Shown: positions 12,092 to 39,712 of the stretch, in pieces | Numbering within the stretch: the first letter of the stretch is position 1 | Layout: every line of letters starts with the position of its first letter | DNA from: Tubulanus polymorphus | Lineage: Eukaryota > Animalia > Nemertea | Reading direction: 5' to 3' | DNA length: 64,000 nucleotides | Assembly: GCF_964204645.1 (NCBI RefSeq) | Contig: NC_134036.1 | Span: forward strand, 62,001-126,000 | Program-made: the position numbers and the translations under genes | Notes under the pieces: model-generated | What the model was told of the DNA's origin: nothing | Databases searched by the model: none | The model's input: only the letters and a program-made list of their open reading frames with translations

Positions 12092-15000
12092 ATTCTCGTT
12101 TCAAGCATCACCTTCATGACCTTCGTATTTCTAAATTCGTTTCAAACTAGTGTCATTTCTCGCATCCGCATTAAATGCATTTTATCTGTTTCGCAATGGC
12201 GACAAAATTGGAACGCAGCTTTTCACTTTAAATCGGATTTTAAGCCGCAAAAAGTAAATGTGTTGATAGATCAGTCACAGTCGGATATTTGGCTAATAAT
12301 GATAACGATCAGTAGAATCGAAATAAGCGCGGAATAATGAAGATAAACCGGAAACTACTGATGAAGTGTTTTCAAATAGAACCTTTATATCTCCATTAAT
12401 ATCATCATCACGTGACTCGCTGCTGGTAATCATACAGCCATTCAATTGCTCATTTACACTAAATTCAAGGTCTTCTCCTCGCCTGCCAGGGGACGACTAT
12501 GATTGATTGATTGATTGATTGATAGAAAGTAAGTTAGTTAATCAAAACAACCAATTATCGGACATTCACTCGCTTACCCGGGGTCGATTCGGTCATTATC
12601 TACTTAAGGAGAGACGGTCGCAGTCAATATACATGTATATGTGCATGTACTGACCTCACTTGCCGGTGGACGGTTCTTACGCTTGGCTGTTATAGAAGTT
12701 GTATATATTTTTAAGTTCATCCCGAGGTTTTCTCCGTCGGCGGCGGCGGCGGCCCAATCGTTCAAATTTTCCGGTTGAATATGATCCGGGAAAGTCGTTG
12801 ATGAAGTGATCTGGTCGAAAGATTACCCGTTCAATGTCTGTGTGTCTAATCACGTGGATTCAGCTGCCGTTACAGCATTATCTGCGACCATATGCGGCCA
12901 AACGTGAAATAAGCAATTTAGAATCGACCGACAACGCGCAGTCCTGAAATCAGTAGCATCTTATCAGTTCGCAGACGACTCCAGTATGACTACACTTCAT
13001 TTCAAAGACAGAGGGCGCTGAGCTGATAAGTATGACTTGTTTGAGATAAAAAAAGAACTCCAATCCACCCTTCAAACGACTTTCATTTTACTTTAAGATT
13101 TAAAAGGCAGCATCTTTGAACATGTCTTAAATAAATGATGTCGACTTCCTTCATTGGTAATCTTTAGTCGGCGAGTGCTGCCAGGGTGAAGTGCCAGAAT
13201 TATTGGTGACGTCACGTATTATACTTGTGTAGTTAATGTCGGGGATAAGACACATACAGTAAGTAACTATGTGCCAATACCAGCTGCAGAGAGAGGAGAG
13301 AGAGAGAAGAGAGAGAAGAGAGAGAGAGAGACAGAGGTTCCTCAATATCGACCATTCTTCCTAGTGATCCATGCGACCGACAGTGGGAGGAAGATTTAAC
13401 GCGATTATCTGCGACATGATTAACACACAGATCGCCTACTCTACTACAAATACCACATAGAATCCTTAATTCTCATTCTGTGTTTCATGACACAGAAATT
13501 CACTTATAGATTAAATGATTTCCAGTCTATAAACGTTTGATTGAATTCCCGGTGAAGTTAAGTATTATAGCTGTAATGACGTGGAGCTCAGTACAGGTTC
13601 GTTCAACTTTCTCTATCCAACGACCTTCACATTCTGGGTAATGTCTAATTGACGGCGACCAAAAATCGTGTCTAAAATTAAACTCTGTTTCTAAGTTTAT
13701 CCTCTTAAGATCAGAAATGCCAGGCGTTAAGTATGTAATCGTTTTTGTGGAGCGGTTTCCGAGTATTTCTGTAACCGATTCAATATTGATGCGTGAAGTG
13801 TGTTGTGTGTTTTGTATCGATTTAGTTCACTAAGTGACGGCTTGAAAATGCAAATATAAATCAAACTATTTATAAATCTATTACAGATATCGACGTTGGA
13901 TACTAAAACAACTATTGAAAAGACGATAGTGTTTACGAATTTTTGTTGTTGGATTAGTGAGTTTGGAAACGCTGATCCAACAGAACACAAACCAAAAAAG
14001 TATTCACGCCGGTCTATCAGATGCCCGAATATTGGCTGCATTAATGGGATTCGAACCCACCACCTCTCGGCTGTTCAATACTGTTGTGTGTTGTCAACAT
14101 CCTCCTTCTTTTTAAGATGCAATACGTTTGACAGGTTATAATTAAATTTATCCGGCTATAATCAGGGTATGTTGGCTGTCCGTTTCATACAAGAGTTAAG
14201 AGCTATACAGACGCGCGTCGAGCGCTGAAATAAGTAGTTTTCATGTCACTTCACGCGTTGATTGAGATCAGTGGCATGCCACTCCACAGTCTCTTCATAA
14301 CCGCATTCTCAACATACAGCCTGCACAACTTATCGATTTTCATCTTACTCCAACCGGCTTCCTATGGGTACCGGCGACTATTGTACCACCTTCAATCCAT
14401 AACCGTTCAATCCTCATCTCTGTAAAGAGTTTTCAAGACGGCCCCAGATTTGGTTGTTGTCAGGTGGATGTTACCAAAAATATATCTTTGATGTTACTCA
14501 TGCTATCACAGTAGTTGCATAGTCATTTAGACTGGCGTCTCAGATTCAAGACCCCGGACGTTGGTTGTCAGATTGGCTATAGAACCAAAATTAGGTTAGA
14601 CTGGACTTACGTTGTTAGATTGGTTGTATGACTTAGTTGGCCTAAGACTTGAATCTAAGCTGACTATATGACTATACAACTGGCCCCTGGATTCATGATG
14701 GTCTCCAGGTCGATGTACGGTACTAGTATTCTGATCACTCAGTTCGATCTTCTCCCTATCGTTAGTTTCCGTTTCTGTTTTTACCTCGCAGCGTCCGAAG
14801 ATTTATCTCTTCTCGAATACAAATAAATCTAACAATAGAAAAAACCAGCTCGACGTAGGATTTATATTCATGCTTACGGCGGCTACGAATCCCGCACGGA
14901 CCGATTTCTGTTTACACAACGAGAAGAATATTGATCGTGTCAACATAGTTTGGTGATTTTTCTTCGCTCTGCGGAGTTCAGTCCCCTGGCATCGATGATA

Positions 15001-17118
15001 TAAACTCTTCGGCGCGATTTTCCGTTCCCTCACACTCAAACACACACACGCGATTCCTCGCAAAATCCTCATCGATTACATTAAAATATTCCACTTAATA
15101 CAAATATCCCGGCGGTTGTACTGTGTGTTTTTTGTCGATCTGTTTCAGATTGATTGCTCCCAGTTTGAAAGTGATTGGTTGGTTGAGTTTTAATCAAAAT
15201 TGTCACCTCTGCGACCTGAGCGACATCGAGTAGAATTTCTGCATGAAACGCCACACGAAATTCCACTCAGCGACTTTTCATTCAGAATTGATGGACACTT
15301 TTTCAGGGGCAACAATAAAAATGTTGGTTACGTTGGGAATCATGGATTCAGAATGAACTGGGTTTGACGATATTGACAATAAACAAGAAAATGTGGACCG
15401 CAACAACAGTAGATACAATGTATCTAGATGTTGGACTTGTTTCAACTCTCTCTCTCTCTCTCAACATCAATCGAGAACAAGGCCATGTTGAATAATGAAA
15501 TCAGTCACATACAAAAAGACCTCATCACACACTGTCATCTGATTGTCAGAAGAGTGGAACGAACGAGAGTCGTCTGCGATGTGTGTTTAATTGATTCCGG
15601 GTTGATACAGTACTATTCAATTTATCACCAAATGACAAACCGCTGCTATTTTCTTTTTATGGTCGGATTTACTTCGGCAAAACTCTGCCTTCGAAATAAA
15701 ATCTGTAATACTTGTCAGAAGTAATTCATCCTCGCAGTTCCAGTCGCTCCTTTAAGGTTTATTACAAAGTACTAAAATCCTCGTCTCATTCTTACAATCG
15801 AATATTTTCATGTGGTTGGTTCTCTAATTTCGAATTCTACAACAATGGCCGCGGTTATGATGAAACTCGAGCGTTGCTAAGATACCCCGATGAACACAAT
15901 AAGGTTTTACCGAAGTATGGCGTCGTTCTGCGGTATGCAATTTGTCCTTTTATTAGAATTCCCGGTGAAATATTAATTTGTAATGTTCACTCTTTAGAAA
16001 GGTGAACCGACGTTGTGCGCGTGCGTCTTTACTGTGTTTTATCACCTATTGATGTTGGATCGACATTGTTCGTGCCAGTTTGTATAGACTCGCTACAAGT
16101 GGAGATGATGATTTATAACTAGTCCACACACGCGTGGTTTCTACACTAAATTTCTCTTGAGATTCTAATTACTCGCTCACGTGTTCTACAAGTTATTATC
16201 GCGGACAAGCACCACCAACTGTTAGCAATAAGCCAAGGCTACAGGCGCAAACCCCGAACAGTATCAGCACAAGCCATCGTGCCAACCTACTATACATGAA
16301 CATATCAAAATCTTGAAGTGAACGTTGGCCGCCTCCATGATTCACAATTCCTCATCTTTGTTTCAATCTATTTGAATGCCTAGAGTAAGTAACATTGTTG
16401 CCGGTTGTTTTGTTGCTGAACGGCCGAGTTCAGTATTAGTTGTCAAAGGACGTTATTAAGGACGTAAGTTGTTAAGATACACGAGTTTTGCCCATTTGAT
16501 AATCGGTATTGTATTTTTATCTAAGTATATTGTTTGAAGTGAAAAAGAGAGAATTATCTTTTTGGTAATAGACCTAATGACCTTTTTATCACCCCATCCC
16601 CAGAACAGCATCATTAAGTACGCGTTGCGCCAACCTGTGTTACATCTAAATCTTGAAGTCAATATGTTGGCTTTATCGTGATTCATAATCCCTCGTCCAT
16701 GTTTCATACTATTTCAATAATACATGTATCAGCAAAAAGCTTCTGCTTTTTTTCAACAGTAGATCGAATTGAGACAAACGATGTCGTGATCCTGACACCA
16801 GCAATCTGTCTCTGTCTCCGTCTTTACTGATAGACTATCCGGCGTTAACCAGATGATAGATTATCATCAAACACGATATATTCCGTGATGGAACATTCAG
16901 CAGCATCAGCTACAACATCTCAAATATCACTTCGTATAGTTCCGCCACGTTCACACTTAACTGGCCAATCACGATCGAGTTCGATACCGCCACGAATTCA
17001 GGAAACCAATCAGGAGGAAGTTAAGATGATCCTAAAAGAAGCGAGGGTTTACAACTGGTAATCAGATGGTGGTTTATTTGTCTCTCATCACTATAGGACA
17101 ACACCTCAACCAGACGCC

Positions 17119-18195
17119 ATGGATAATTCATCCTTAATAACAGCAACAGTATCGACAGTTACGAGGACTGATTGTGAAATATGGCGCAGTTTTCCCGTCG
17201 CTTGGCAATACGAATTCAGCGTTTATATCTATCTAGGTTTCTACGGACCGGCCTCGTTAATGGGTATCGGTTTGAACATTTTTACTCTTCTAATTTTTAG
17301 AAAACTCGACAATCCCGCTTACTATCTAATCAAAGTTCTCGCTGTTTACGACTTACTCTACTCAATCGCTATTTGTTTTCTATTCCCGTTAAGAACTATT
17401 CATATATTTATCGTATTAGGAGACATCGTAACGCGTGTGGATGATTACCACTTCGGTTGGGAATTCATTTTTCTTTCTTCGGGTTTCTACTTCATATTTC
17501 AGATGACCAGGAATTGGACGGTTGTAATAATGAGTTTGGAACGGCTGATCGTCGTATTCTTTCCGCTGAACTTTCGTCTGTTTTGGAACAGGAAGTCGGT
17601 TAACGCTATATTAGGGATCCTACTCCTGGTATCCGTCGCATTATTTCTGCCCCACTTTATCCCGTCCTGGTCTCTACGTCCGGTTCGCTGTCAGCAAGGA
17701 CCGGGACCGATCACTTTTATGAAGCATAAATTTACAGGTATCGACAAAGGTGTTGCCATCTGGTGGAAATTCTCTGATCGAATGGGCAGCATTTATCTGA
17801 CAGTGATCGTGCCCATGATTTTACTCATCTCTCTCAACGTGTTACTCGTCATTTCGTTAACAATCGGCCGAATCAAACGCAGGAAACTCGTCGCCACGGA
17901 AATGACGTCATCGAAAGAACGACGAGTTCTCCACATGGCCTTGGCTATTGTCATTATTTACATCGTTTTCGAGTCGTTAACGTTTTTGGACCGTTTGAAT
18001 TACACGCATACGATAGAGTTAAACCTGTTTAAAAGTCTCAGTAAATTGGACGCTTCGATGGTACTCCGTAAGATCGCGATGGGTTTAACAGTAGTTGACT
18101 CGTGCGCTAATTTCTTCGTTTACTGTTTAACGAACAGCACGTTTAGGATTGCAGCACGTGATATGATCCGTACCGTGTTCATCAGACGCAGATAA
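17119..18195 (+). CDS. Intronless rhodopsin-family (class A) GPCR, FMRFamide/peptide-receptor-like, 358 aa
   Basis: Seven hydrophobic segments; TM1 GIGLN, TM2 LAVYD, TM3 SLERLIVVFFP (DRY-equivalent ERL), TM5 VIVP, TM7 DSCANFFVYC, helix 8 FR. N-glycosylation sequon NSS, Kozak-like GCCATGG, splice acceptor ending at 17096 (implies an upstream 5' UTR exon). Confidence 0.93.
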   Translation: MDNSSLITATVSTVTRTDCEIWRSFPVAWQYEFSVYIYLGFYGPASLMGIGLNIFTLLIFRKLDNPAYYLIKVLAVYDLLYSIAICFLFPLRTIHIFIVLGDIVTRVDDYHFGWEFIFLSSGFYFIFQMTRNWTVVIMSLERLIVVFFPLNFRLFWNRKSVNAILGILLLVSVALFLPHFIPSWSLRPVRCQQGPGPITFMKHKFTGIDKGVAIWWKFSDRMGSIYLTVIVPMILLISLNVLLVISLTIGRIKRRKLVATEMTSSKERRVLHMALAIVIIYIVFESLTFLDRLNYTHTIELNLFKSLSKLDASMVLRKIAMGLTVVDSCANFFVYCLTNSTFRIAARDMIRTVFIRRR

Positions 18196-18289
18196 AAACG
18201 TCTCCTAAAATATTCATGTTGTCTTTAATTTCGTCAAAGCTACGTTTAACTTCACGTTGAGTCTTCTGTATATAGAAAATTTCCCAACG

Positions 18290-18511
18290 AAATGTTCCCT
18301 TGAGCTAGTGTAGTTTATTCGACTATATTCTTATAGTCATCTTCAGCAATGCTAATGTTGTCCTTATTATAACCATTGATGAAACACTCTGAATCCATGT
18401 TATAAAGATTATAAAGAATCCCTGCACAGTAAGAGTAAAAAGAGTCTAAAATTATTTACTTGGCTTATTCGACGTTTCAAATCTATGATTACAGTCCTTT
18501 TTCAGGAATAC
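18290..18511 (-). mobile_element. Two degenerate copies of the hammerhead-bearing short repeat just 3' of the GPCR
   Basis: 18313-18350 lacks GAAACGTC (deleted between GTCGAA direct repeats); 18465-18511 has CTGAAAA in place of CTGAAGA. Flanks match the family tail at 31055-31120. Confidence 0.65.
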
Positions 18512-18862
18512 CGAAGGCTATATAACTCCATATCCCTTTGTTATGCAGTGAAAAAACTAGAGAATGTTCCTGTTATGTTCAATCCCACAGTTACTTTTCT
18601 TAATCAACGGCAGCGACCTCTACAGTGTTGTTCACTAGTGCATCCTTATTGAAATCATCTATTTGTTTATTAGAACATTGTACAATTTCCGCTCCGGCTT
18701 CAATATCTGATATTCATTACTTACGCTTCATCATTATTGGTTTGTTTTCCAAAGCATAAATAATTATGCTTAAGTTGCAGCTCATTTGATATCTCGGATG
18801 ATCTGAGCTAGTTCTCCTGTAGGTATGTCCTCCTCACAGTCGAGTTCGACAAAAAAAATCTA

Positions 18863-18935
18863 TGGAGAACCCGGGCATCGATCCCGGTACCTCTCGCATG
18901 CTAAGCGAGCGCTCTACCATCTGAGCTAGTTCCCC
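18863..18935 (-). tRNA. tRNA-Ala-AGC: tRNA-Ala (AGC)
   Basis: GGGGAACTAGCTCAGATGGTAGAGCGCTCGCTTAGCATGCGAGAGGTACCGGGATCGATGCCCGGGTTCTCCA; 73 nt cloverleaf, G3:U70 identity pair, T8 Pol III terminator at 18858-18851. Confidence 0.97.
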
Positions 18936-19005
18936 TGCCATACCAGCAATCGGTAGACCCATGTCTTGTGCCCCTCACCTCACCGTCTAAAAGAAAATTG
19001 ATCAG

Positions 19006-19078
19006 TGGAGAACCCGGGCATCGATCCCGGTACCTCTCGCATGCTAAGCGAGCGCTCTACCATCTGAGCTAGTTCCCC
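19006..19078 (-). tRNA. tRNA-Ala-AGC: tRNA-Ala (AGC), identical second copy
   Basis: Identical to 18863-18935; 143-bp period; TTTTCTTTT terminator downstream on the minus strand. Confidence 0.97.
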
Positions 19079-19148
19079 TGCCATACCAGCAATCGGTAGA
19101 CCCATGTCTTGTGCCCCTCACCTCACCGTCTAAAAGAAAATTGATCAG

Positions 19149-19221
19149 TGGAGAACCCGGGCATCGATCCCGGTACCTCTCGCATGCAAAGCGAGCGCTC
19201 TACCATCTGAGCTAGTTCCCC
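19149..19221 (-). tRNA. tRNA-Ala-TGC: tRNA-Ala (TGC) with an AGC-type body
   Basis: Same 73 nt except position 19188 (plus-strand t>a), giving anticodon loop TT-TGC-AT. Confidence 0.93.
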
Positions 19222-19562
19222 TGTTATGACCAGCCAACCTCACGCTGACCTCAGATCGCTGAATGTCGGGGTTTACTTTTTATGTGGACATTTTGAACCT
19301 TGTTCCCATAATGTGGTCTGGTCAGTGATAAGAACATGCTTTACCACCACCTGTGTGTAGGCGGTAAGTTTTATCGGATTGTGGCAGGTGATCTTCATTC
19401 ACTGACTGGAACACATTGATTTCCACTAAATTTACTTTTAATTATGCTGTGATTCCTCAGACACGTGACGACTTATTGCCAACTGTGGCATGTGACTCAT
19501 TGATAATTTTAATCAACCAAAAATTGATAATATTTCATGCAATACTTGATCAAGCCTCATAC

Positions 19563-19870
19563 CAACCATCTCGCACCAAACCATCTAGCACTAAACCATC
19601 TAGCACTAAACCATCTAGCACAAACCATCTTGCACCAAACCATCTAGCACTAAACCACATCTAGCACCAACCATCCCGCACCAAACCATCTACGTAGCAC
19701 CAAACCTAGCTATGCTGCACCAAACTAAGAAGCAGCATACCCAACCATGCTGGCCAAATCATCTTGCACCATACCACCTTTCACCATACCATCCTCCACC
19801 TAACCATCTCGCATACCCACATGCTGCACCATTCGAGCCCATCTCGCATACCCACATGCTGCACCAAACC
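19563..19870. repeat. Degenerate ~15-bp minisatellite (AAACCATCTAGCACY)
   Basis: Repeated aaccatct(a/c)gcac units. Confidence 0.8.
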
Positions 19871-22468
19871 GTGCAACACTCACCTATGAACTAACCCGTC
19901 ACACTGATTCCTGTGTGACGGTACCAGGCGACCAGATTTAGCAGTTTGTTACTGGCGTCTAATGAGACGAGATTGCTTTAGGCGACACGATGGTAATTGC
20001 GTTTACTTACTGGAAGCAGTGCAGGCAGTCTATTTATAGTAACAGCACCATACTGTCACTCAACACGGCGCGCTAAATCCGTCTCCATTCAACTCGCTCC
20101 AACACTCTGTTAAATGTCATTTACTTCCAACAAGACATTCATCAAAATACCTTCGGCAATTTGTGAAAGTTCAAGATTTACTTAAACGCATAACAAAAAT
20201 TCGTAAGCTACGGGATATAAACGATGATTAACAGGGTTTTTCTATATAGTTGAAGGTGACGGATGTGACGCGAGTCTGAGATACTGATATACCGAGATAC
20301 TGAGATACCGAGATACTGAGATACCGGGATACTGAGATACTGAGATACCGGGATACTGAGTACACTGTATCTGATGTCGTAAAGTGAAACAGGATTTATT
20401 AATTTATTGATTGATCGTGTTGTTGATTGGTTATTATCTGATTGCACATTGCCGATCGATATTATCGATCCGTTCTGATATTTGACCAACTGTAGAAATA
20501 TTTGATCAATGTAAGGATGATATGAGCATGCGCAGTGCAGTTTCGTAAGGAGGTGTGCTTAAAGAGTGGGCTCCTGCCCCCCGTTCTGCCCCAAACGGCT
20601 GCACCCATGCCCTGCCCCAACCGGCTGCACCCATGCTCTGTCCCATCCTTCACCCAGTCCTGGTAGTGCTTGTTTGTGCAGCAATGTACATTTTTGACGT
20701 GACCGTCGCCATTTTTATCAATGCAAAAAATGCAATAAGTGATTTACAAGACAAACTGCGTGAAGATTATAAATCCTCTGATTATCTGTTGGCAGGTGTT
20801 TAATACTGATTGGCAAATAGACGTCACATACAAGACCTCTATAGAATACCCAATAAAACCTGTGGTACATCAGATATTAAGGTTGTTGGATGAATTCATC
20901 TCCTGATCTGCTCCACCCCTGATCTGCTCCACCCCTGTTCGCTTGTTTAGAACGCAACACAAGGTGCCTGGTATCTGTCACCTCTAATCTCACTATAATC
21001 ACAATGTCCAATGCTATATTCTTACACATCCTCCCCCTTAATTCACTGAAACATCAAAATAACCAGAGTCCCTCACACTCTGAGATCGATGTGAGAAAAA
21101 TCCGTTTCTATGGTAACATCGTCTGTTACCCGTGTAAGCAGGCGCAAATCGGGTTCATCTTTTTTCGACGCCTCCAGTTTTTTCTTCAATTTATTTTCAA
21201 GTTGATTGCAGCTGCAGCTGTAACTGCTGACGATGATGCTGTCGATACAGCTGCAGCAGATTAACTGCTGTTCTATATTCTATCTGCATTTTGCCCTTTA
21301 CACATAACGGCAGTTTGGCCCCGTGTCGTGTGTCATTTTAATCTTTTTCGAACTTTGTTCTGACGGCCAGTTATGATGCATAGCAATTTCCGAATACAGA
21401 TCTCTACGCTTAGATACGGCAGATGAATTCATCATCTCGTTGCTCCTGGATGCTGATGCAACCAGTCAAATTGTAATTCATCATTCGTATGGCATTTTGA
21501 CATTTTCAGATATGTTTGACAGCTAATTTGCATTGCTCGTCTGCGCGCTCAGCCGATTATCGATGTCGGAATATTTCTATTTCCAGTGTCAGTTTATATT
21601 GATGAGACCCCCGGTAGCGCGCGCGTCATCGTCGGCTGATGTTCACTTTTAGTTCGCAGTAATGCCAGCAGATGACACTGCGTTCCAAAATGCTCAGCAG
21701 GGTTTCTTCGTAATCAGCGCATCCACTTTAAACAAACGTTGCCTTGGCATTTACGTTGTTTTAGTAACGTTAATATCGAACGTTGCCGCCGGATTTCATT
21801 TCGTTAAATGATCCACGACGTGTCACGTGGTATCTGAAATGGATGTTTCACTGTTGTGACGTCACACGATGTGCGCACCTGTTTTTCAGGAAATAGTCCC
21901 CTGGCAACAAGTATTCTTCAGAAATATCGGTATTCTTTAAGTTGTTCATGTGTTCGCGCAGAATCCCGTCGGCTAACAGAGGTCGCGCACTTTTGCCAGT
22001 ATCCGACAAAGATAAATGTCAAATCGACAAGCGAAACGATGAAATAAATGCGGGATCGATATATGAAACGACAAGATAAATGTAGGATCGACAAGTGAAT
22101 CGACGGAGAGTAAGCAGTACGATTTTCAGGTTAATGCACGCCGAATATATCAGCCGCACAAGCAGACGATTGATTATTTGTAAAACTCGGCGGAAGAAAC
22201 GTCGATTTTCTGTCCACATATAAATGTCAAACGGCGACACGAAACGACGGGGATTTATTTGTAAATACCAGTGATTTACGAAACGGAAACGAAAGAGTAA
22301 AACATAAAAGCAAGTGTGTAAATAAATCACTGATTGGTTGATGAGTCGATTAGATCTACTGTGGGCAACATATCCTTGAGGAGTAATTTGTCGTTTTGTA
22401 AGAAAGTGATGTTTTGATTGTACGGCATGATCTGGATTTAGATAAAGATGATGTGATAAGGTAGAGCT

Positions 22469-22538
22469 GGGGTGGATAAGGTTGAACCGGGGTGGATAAG
22501 GTTGAACCGGGGTGGATACGGTTGTACCGGGGTGGATT
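22469..22538. repeat. 20-bp minisatellite (CCGGGGTGGATAAGGTTGAA)
   Basis: 3-4 copies visible. Confidence 0.85.
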
Positions 22539-23710
22539 ATGCTGAGCTGCGGGTAGGAAGAGCAAGGGATGGAGATTATCATAATCCAGTTATAGCTGCA
22601 TTCATATGTTCATCTTTTGTGCGCCTTTCTATCAACATCCTACTCTTATACTCAATCAATCATATAAACATGTACTCATAATGTTCATTATTATTTACTC
22701 GTGTTTTATTGAACATCGAGACACGTGACCTTCTGGTCCACACTTCATAGTCACCTATATGAACTCAGCTGATCTGAAGTACGCGCTACCACGTGTAAGA
22801 CGTGTGCTGCTCACAACCACGTGTGAGTGGTTCAGGGGTCGGTGAACTCACGCGCCACGAGGAGTACTCACGCGCCAGGGTATCCTCGCGTGTTACATCA
22901 CACGCGAATACCGACGACCTCAAATCATTAACTACTTTGCACTTACATGTTTGTTTTCTCATCGTTAATATACATTACCCAACACACTATATTCCGCTGC
23001 TTGACTCCATATCGCCATCTGGAGGTATTTCCAGGAATCAAAGAAAACAACTGTACGACTGATGTTTGGAATCATGTTCCGGCACTAGATCAGTATAAGT
23101 CCTGTCCAGCCAGTAGCAGCTGTCTATTATTTCAAATTAGTGGGATTAAATGTAGAGAATAGGATTTGGGAACAGCTAACAGCTGAAGGGGCGGGAAGGT
23201 CCGTATAGTACAAACAAATACATGGATGGATAGGAATTGTGAGTGTGGTGAGCGAGAAGTGGCTGTTGGCAGCAAATAGGTCGAGATGGTTGGAGAGGTG
23301 ATGCTTTCAGAGAGGTTAGTGCTGGTAAAGTGGTGGTTGTGGATGGCTGATAATATGGCAGAGAATGACGTGAATACTGATGTATGTGATAGGAGAGCTC
23401 AGCACTCATTGCAGTTTGCCAGGAGAAAGAGGAGAGAGAGGGAGAGAGGAGCTGCGAGAGGAAGAGAGAGGGAGAGAGAGAGAGGGATAGCTGCACTTAA
23501 GCTGATTGGTGTTGGTTTCACTGAATTAATAACACAGACGTTCCGTGACGAATGAATAGTATTATTGAAACTGAAATACGGCATAGAGAATAGAATTAGC
23601 TGAAACTAATAAAAATTCCTCATCCATATTACATGTAATAGAACCTATTTCCTATATATACAAACAGCCGAGGTCGAAAACAATGGTAAATTGGATGAAC
23701 AGCTTCTTAC

Positions 23711-23847
23711 ACATGTATCGCACACGAGCCTATTACTCAAACATGTACCGCACACGAGATATGTACCGCACACGAGCATATTGCTCAAACATGTACCGCA
23801 CACGAGCCTATTGCTCAAACATGTACCGCACACGAGCCTATTGCTCA
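23711..23847. repeat. 30-bp minisatellite (ACATGTACCGCACACGAGCCTATTGCTCAA)
   Basis: About 4.5 copies; explains the repetitive ORFs at 23645-23969. Confidence 0.9.
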
Positions 23848-24087
23848 GAAATTGGTTGTATATTGTGGCTACATTGCAGTTTAAATTGTCACTTGGTAAC
23901 TATCCACTGGGACATTTCCAGCAACTGCCCCCTGGACAGAAACTGGTAGTTTTTAATAAGTTCAAGTGAAATGATTCTTTTCCAACCGAACAGTGTCGAA
24001 CTGGACAAACCATTATAGAAATTACTTGTAAACGTTATTCATGTATTTCAATATTTTGTCTAATTTCAGGCAAAAAACAAATTCATA

Positions 24088-38910
<14,823 letters not shown>

Positions 38911-39668
38911 ATTAAACATTGCATACTATCATAGAATCAATAATATTGATTTAAACATATCTATATCATATAAACATCGTACATTCCTATGTTTTGTTCC
39001 GAGTATAATGTTTTACTTATATGGAATCATATCGATCGATTCTTCTCGAATTTTTTCCTGTCTTTTTTACCGAAGAAATCAACGTTTTTTATACTCATTT
39101 TTTTACTATTTAAGACTATCGATAATTAAGATGATGTTTTATTGGAAAACTAACTATAGATGGTTTTCGTTTAAATTCTGTTTAGTTTTAGTCGCAATTA
39201 TATAAAATGATAAAAGTGTTTGTATTGCCGCACACGTGGTTTTAGCAGGTGTTTAGATGATGTCAGTGTATGTTGCGCCCACTAGTGGCAAGGTTTTAGG
39301 GTAGAGAAATGTATCCGTATTTGTGTAGGTCACCTAAAGTTGGCGGTCGAAAAATTACCCTAGATATATCGAAAAGGCTATAATTATAGTTTATCCCTAG
39401 AGACCGTTTAGCGTGCTAGGTTTTATTTACTTCCCTGCTGATGGGGTACCCGCAGTGCTACTGTGGCAATCGAGGATTCCACGTATGGCAAGCGAGGATC
39501 GACCAAGTAGTTTGGTGGGTGCGGTGATAATACAAGAATTCTAAACATTCTGAGTCTTAAAAAATTCAGTTAAAAGTTCATTTTTAACAATGGAAGACCT
39601 CCACTCTTCGTCCCATCAACCGGTGCGATAGCTCGTGTTGCGGGATCCCCATTAACGATATCGTTCTC

Positions 39669-39712
39669 TGCGCATGCGCACTAGAGTTGCTTGAAAAGAT
39701 GGCCGCCGCCGC
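39669..39712. promoter_or_regulatory. Perfect NRF1-type palindrome TGCGCATGCGCA plus a YY1-like AAGATGGCCGCC motif between ERG and RCC1L
   Basis: Motif match only; ~650 bp upstream of the candidate RCC1L 5' UTR donor at 40346. Confidence 0.4.

Noticed and set aside
11918-12337. Poly-Leu membrane protein ORF
   Set aside because: Produced by the CTG microsatellite.
13727-14041. Minus-strand ORF with a GPCR TM7-like stretch (NRFINSLIYICIF)
   Set aside because: No other GPCR helices upstream; the ORF abuts a B-box tRNA/SINE fragment at ~14044-14072. Resemblance is probably chance.
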